Assembly: GCF_018350175.1 (NCBI RefSeq)
Contig: NC_058368.1
Coordinates: forward strand, 41,170,001-41,234,000
From: Felis catus
Lineage: Eukaryota
Reading direction: 5' to 3'
Length of the DNA stretch: 64,000 bases
Part shown: piece by piece, positions 63,423-64,000 of the stretch
Layout of the letters: each line of letters starts with the position of its first letter
How positions within the stretch are numbered: position 1 is the first letter of the stretch
The notes under the pieces: generated by a model
What the model saw: the letters and a program-made list of their open reading frames with translations, nothing else
Databases searched by the model: none
Told to the model about the DNA's origin: nothing
Translations under genes and position numbers: made by a program

Positions 63423-64000
63423 CATAACAGGTTTTTTTTTTTTTTTTAAACTCTCCCTGCATATTGGAGTCCCCTGGAGTGCTTTCAAGTGAGAGTGACA
63501 CTGATGTCAAGGGTGACTGTGTACATTGTTTGGAAGGAAGACAAAATTGAAAAGGTTTGGTGACAAGCAAACAGGCAAATACAAGGAAAGAAGAAGCATT
63601 TCATGAGTGATATAGTTTTCATCGGGAAACTAATACAAACAGGCAGAGATCATCACCTTTTTTGCAAAATATATTGTATAAAATTTTTGCAAAGAACAGG
63701 GTAGCTGGGAACGTGCAATGGCATTACTTATAAATATAATTTTATTTACTCTAAAGGAATCTTCACCAGGAATCTAGTTTTTTTTCCTTTTTCTTTATTT
63801 CCTATTAGCAATAATTTCTAGAATTAAAGTAATCTTGGCAAAACATCAGTTTTCACTCAGAACCATTGAAGTGTCTACTGCACGTTAAAGTGAAACATGG
63901 TTAGCGTGTTCTGCTTCTTTCTACAAACGTGTTCATTTGCATAGTGGATTCTCAGACTTAATAGGAAAGGTGACTATGTCAAAATGCTGAAGAAAAATAG

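Noticed and set aside
1..64000. A novel multi-gene system, CRISPR array or operon
   Set aside because: This is mammalian repeat-rich DNA. The long ORFs map to L1, SINEs, simple repeats or the RPS27A pseudogene, and there is no repeat-spacer array.

Overview
AT-rich, repeat-dense mammalian genomic DNA from a cat-family (Felidae) genome, judged from tRNA-derived Can-SINEs of the feline type and a feline-type LINE-1. It reads as intergenic or deep-intronic sequence, and no intact protein-coding gene is supported. The main contents are: a 5'-complete but 3'-truncated, disrupted L1 (11294-16497, minus); a full-length processed RPS27A (ubiquitin-S27a) pseudogene (17130-17660); two ancient ERV-L remnants (LTR-gag-RT at about 7.8-11.2 kb, and integrase-dUTPase-PPT-LTR at about 23.3-25.3 kb); and a solo ERV1-type LTR with a 4-bp TSD. 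There are also 21 Can-SINEs of several ages (one nested pair), old L1/L2/MIR/MER/LTR fragments, microsatellites and a 91-bp purine minisatellite. The best leads are a candidate promoter or first exon with two tandem GTAAGT donors near 29.2 kb and several short templated or fold-back insertion scars. I found no evidence for a novel biological system. Repeat family names come from remembered consensus motifs, not a database search, and boundaries of old repeats are approximate.
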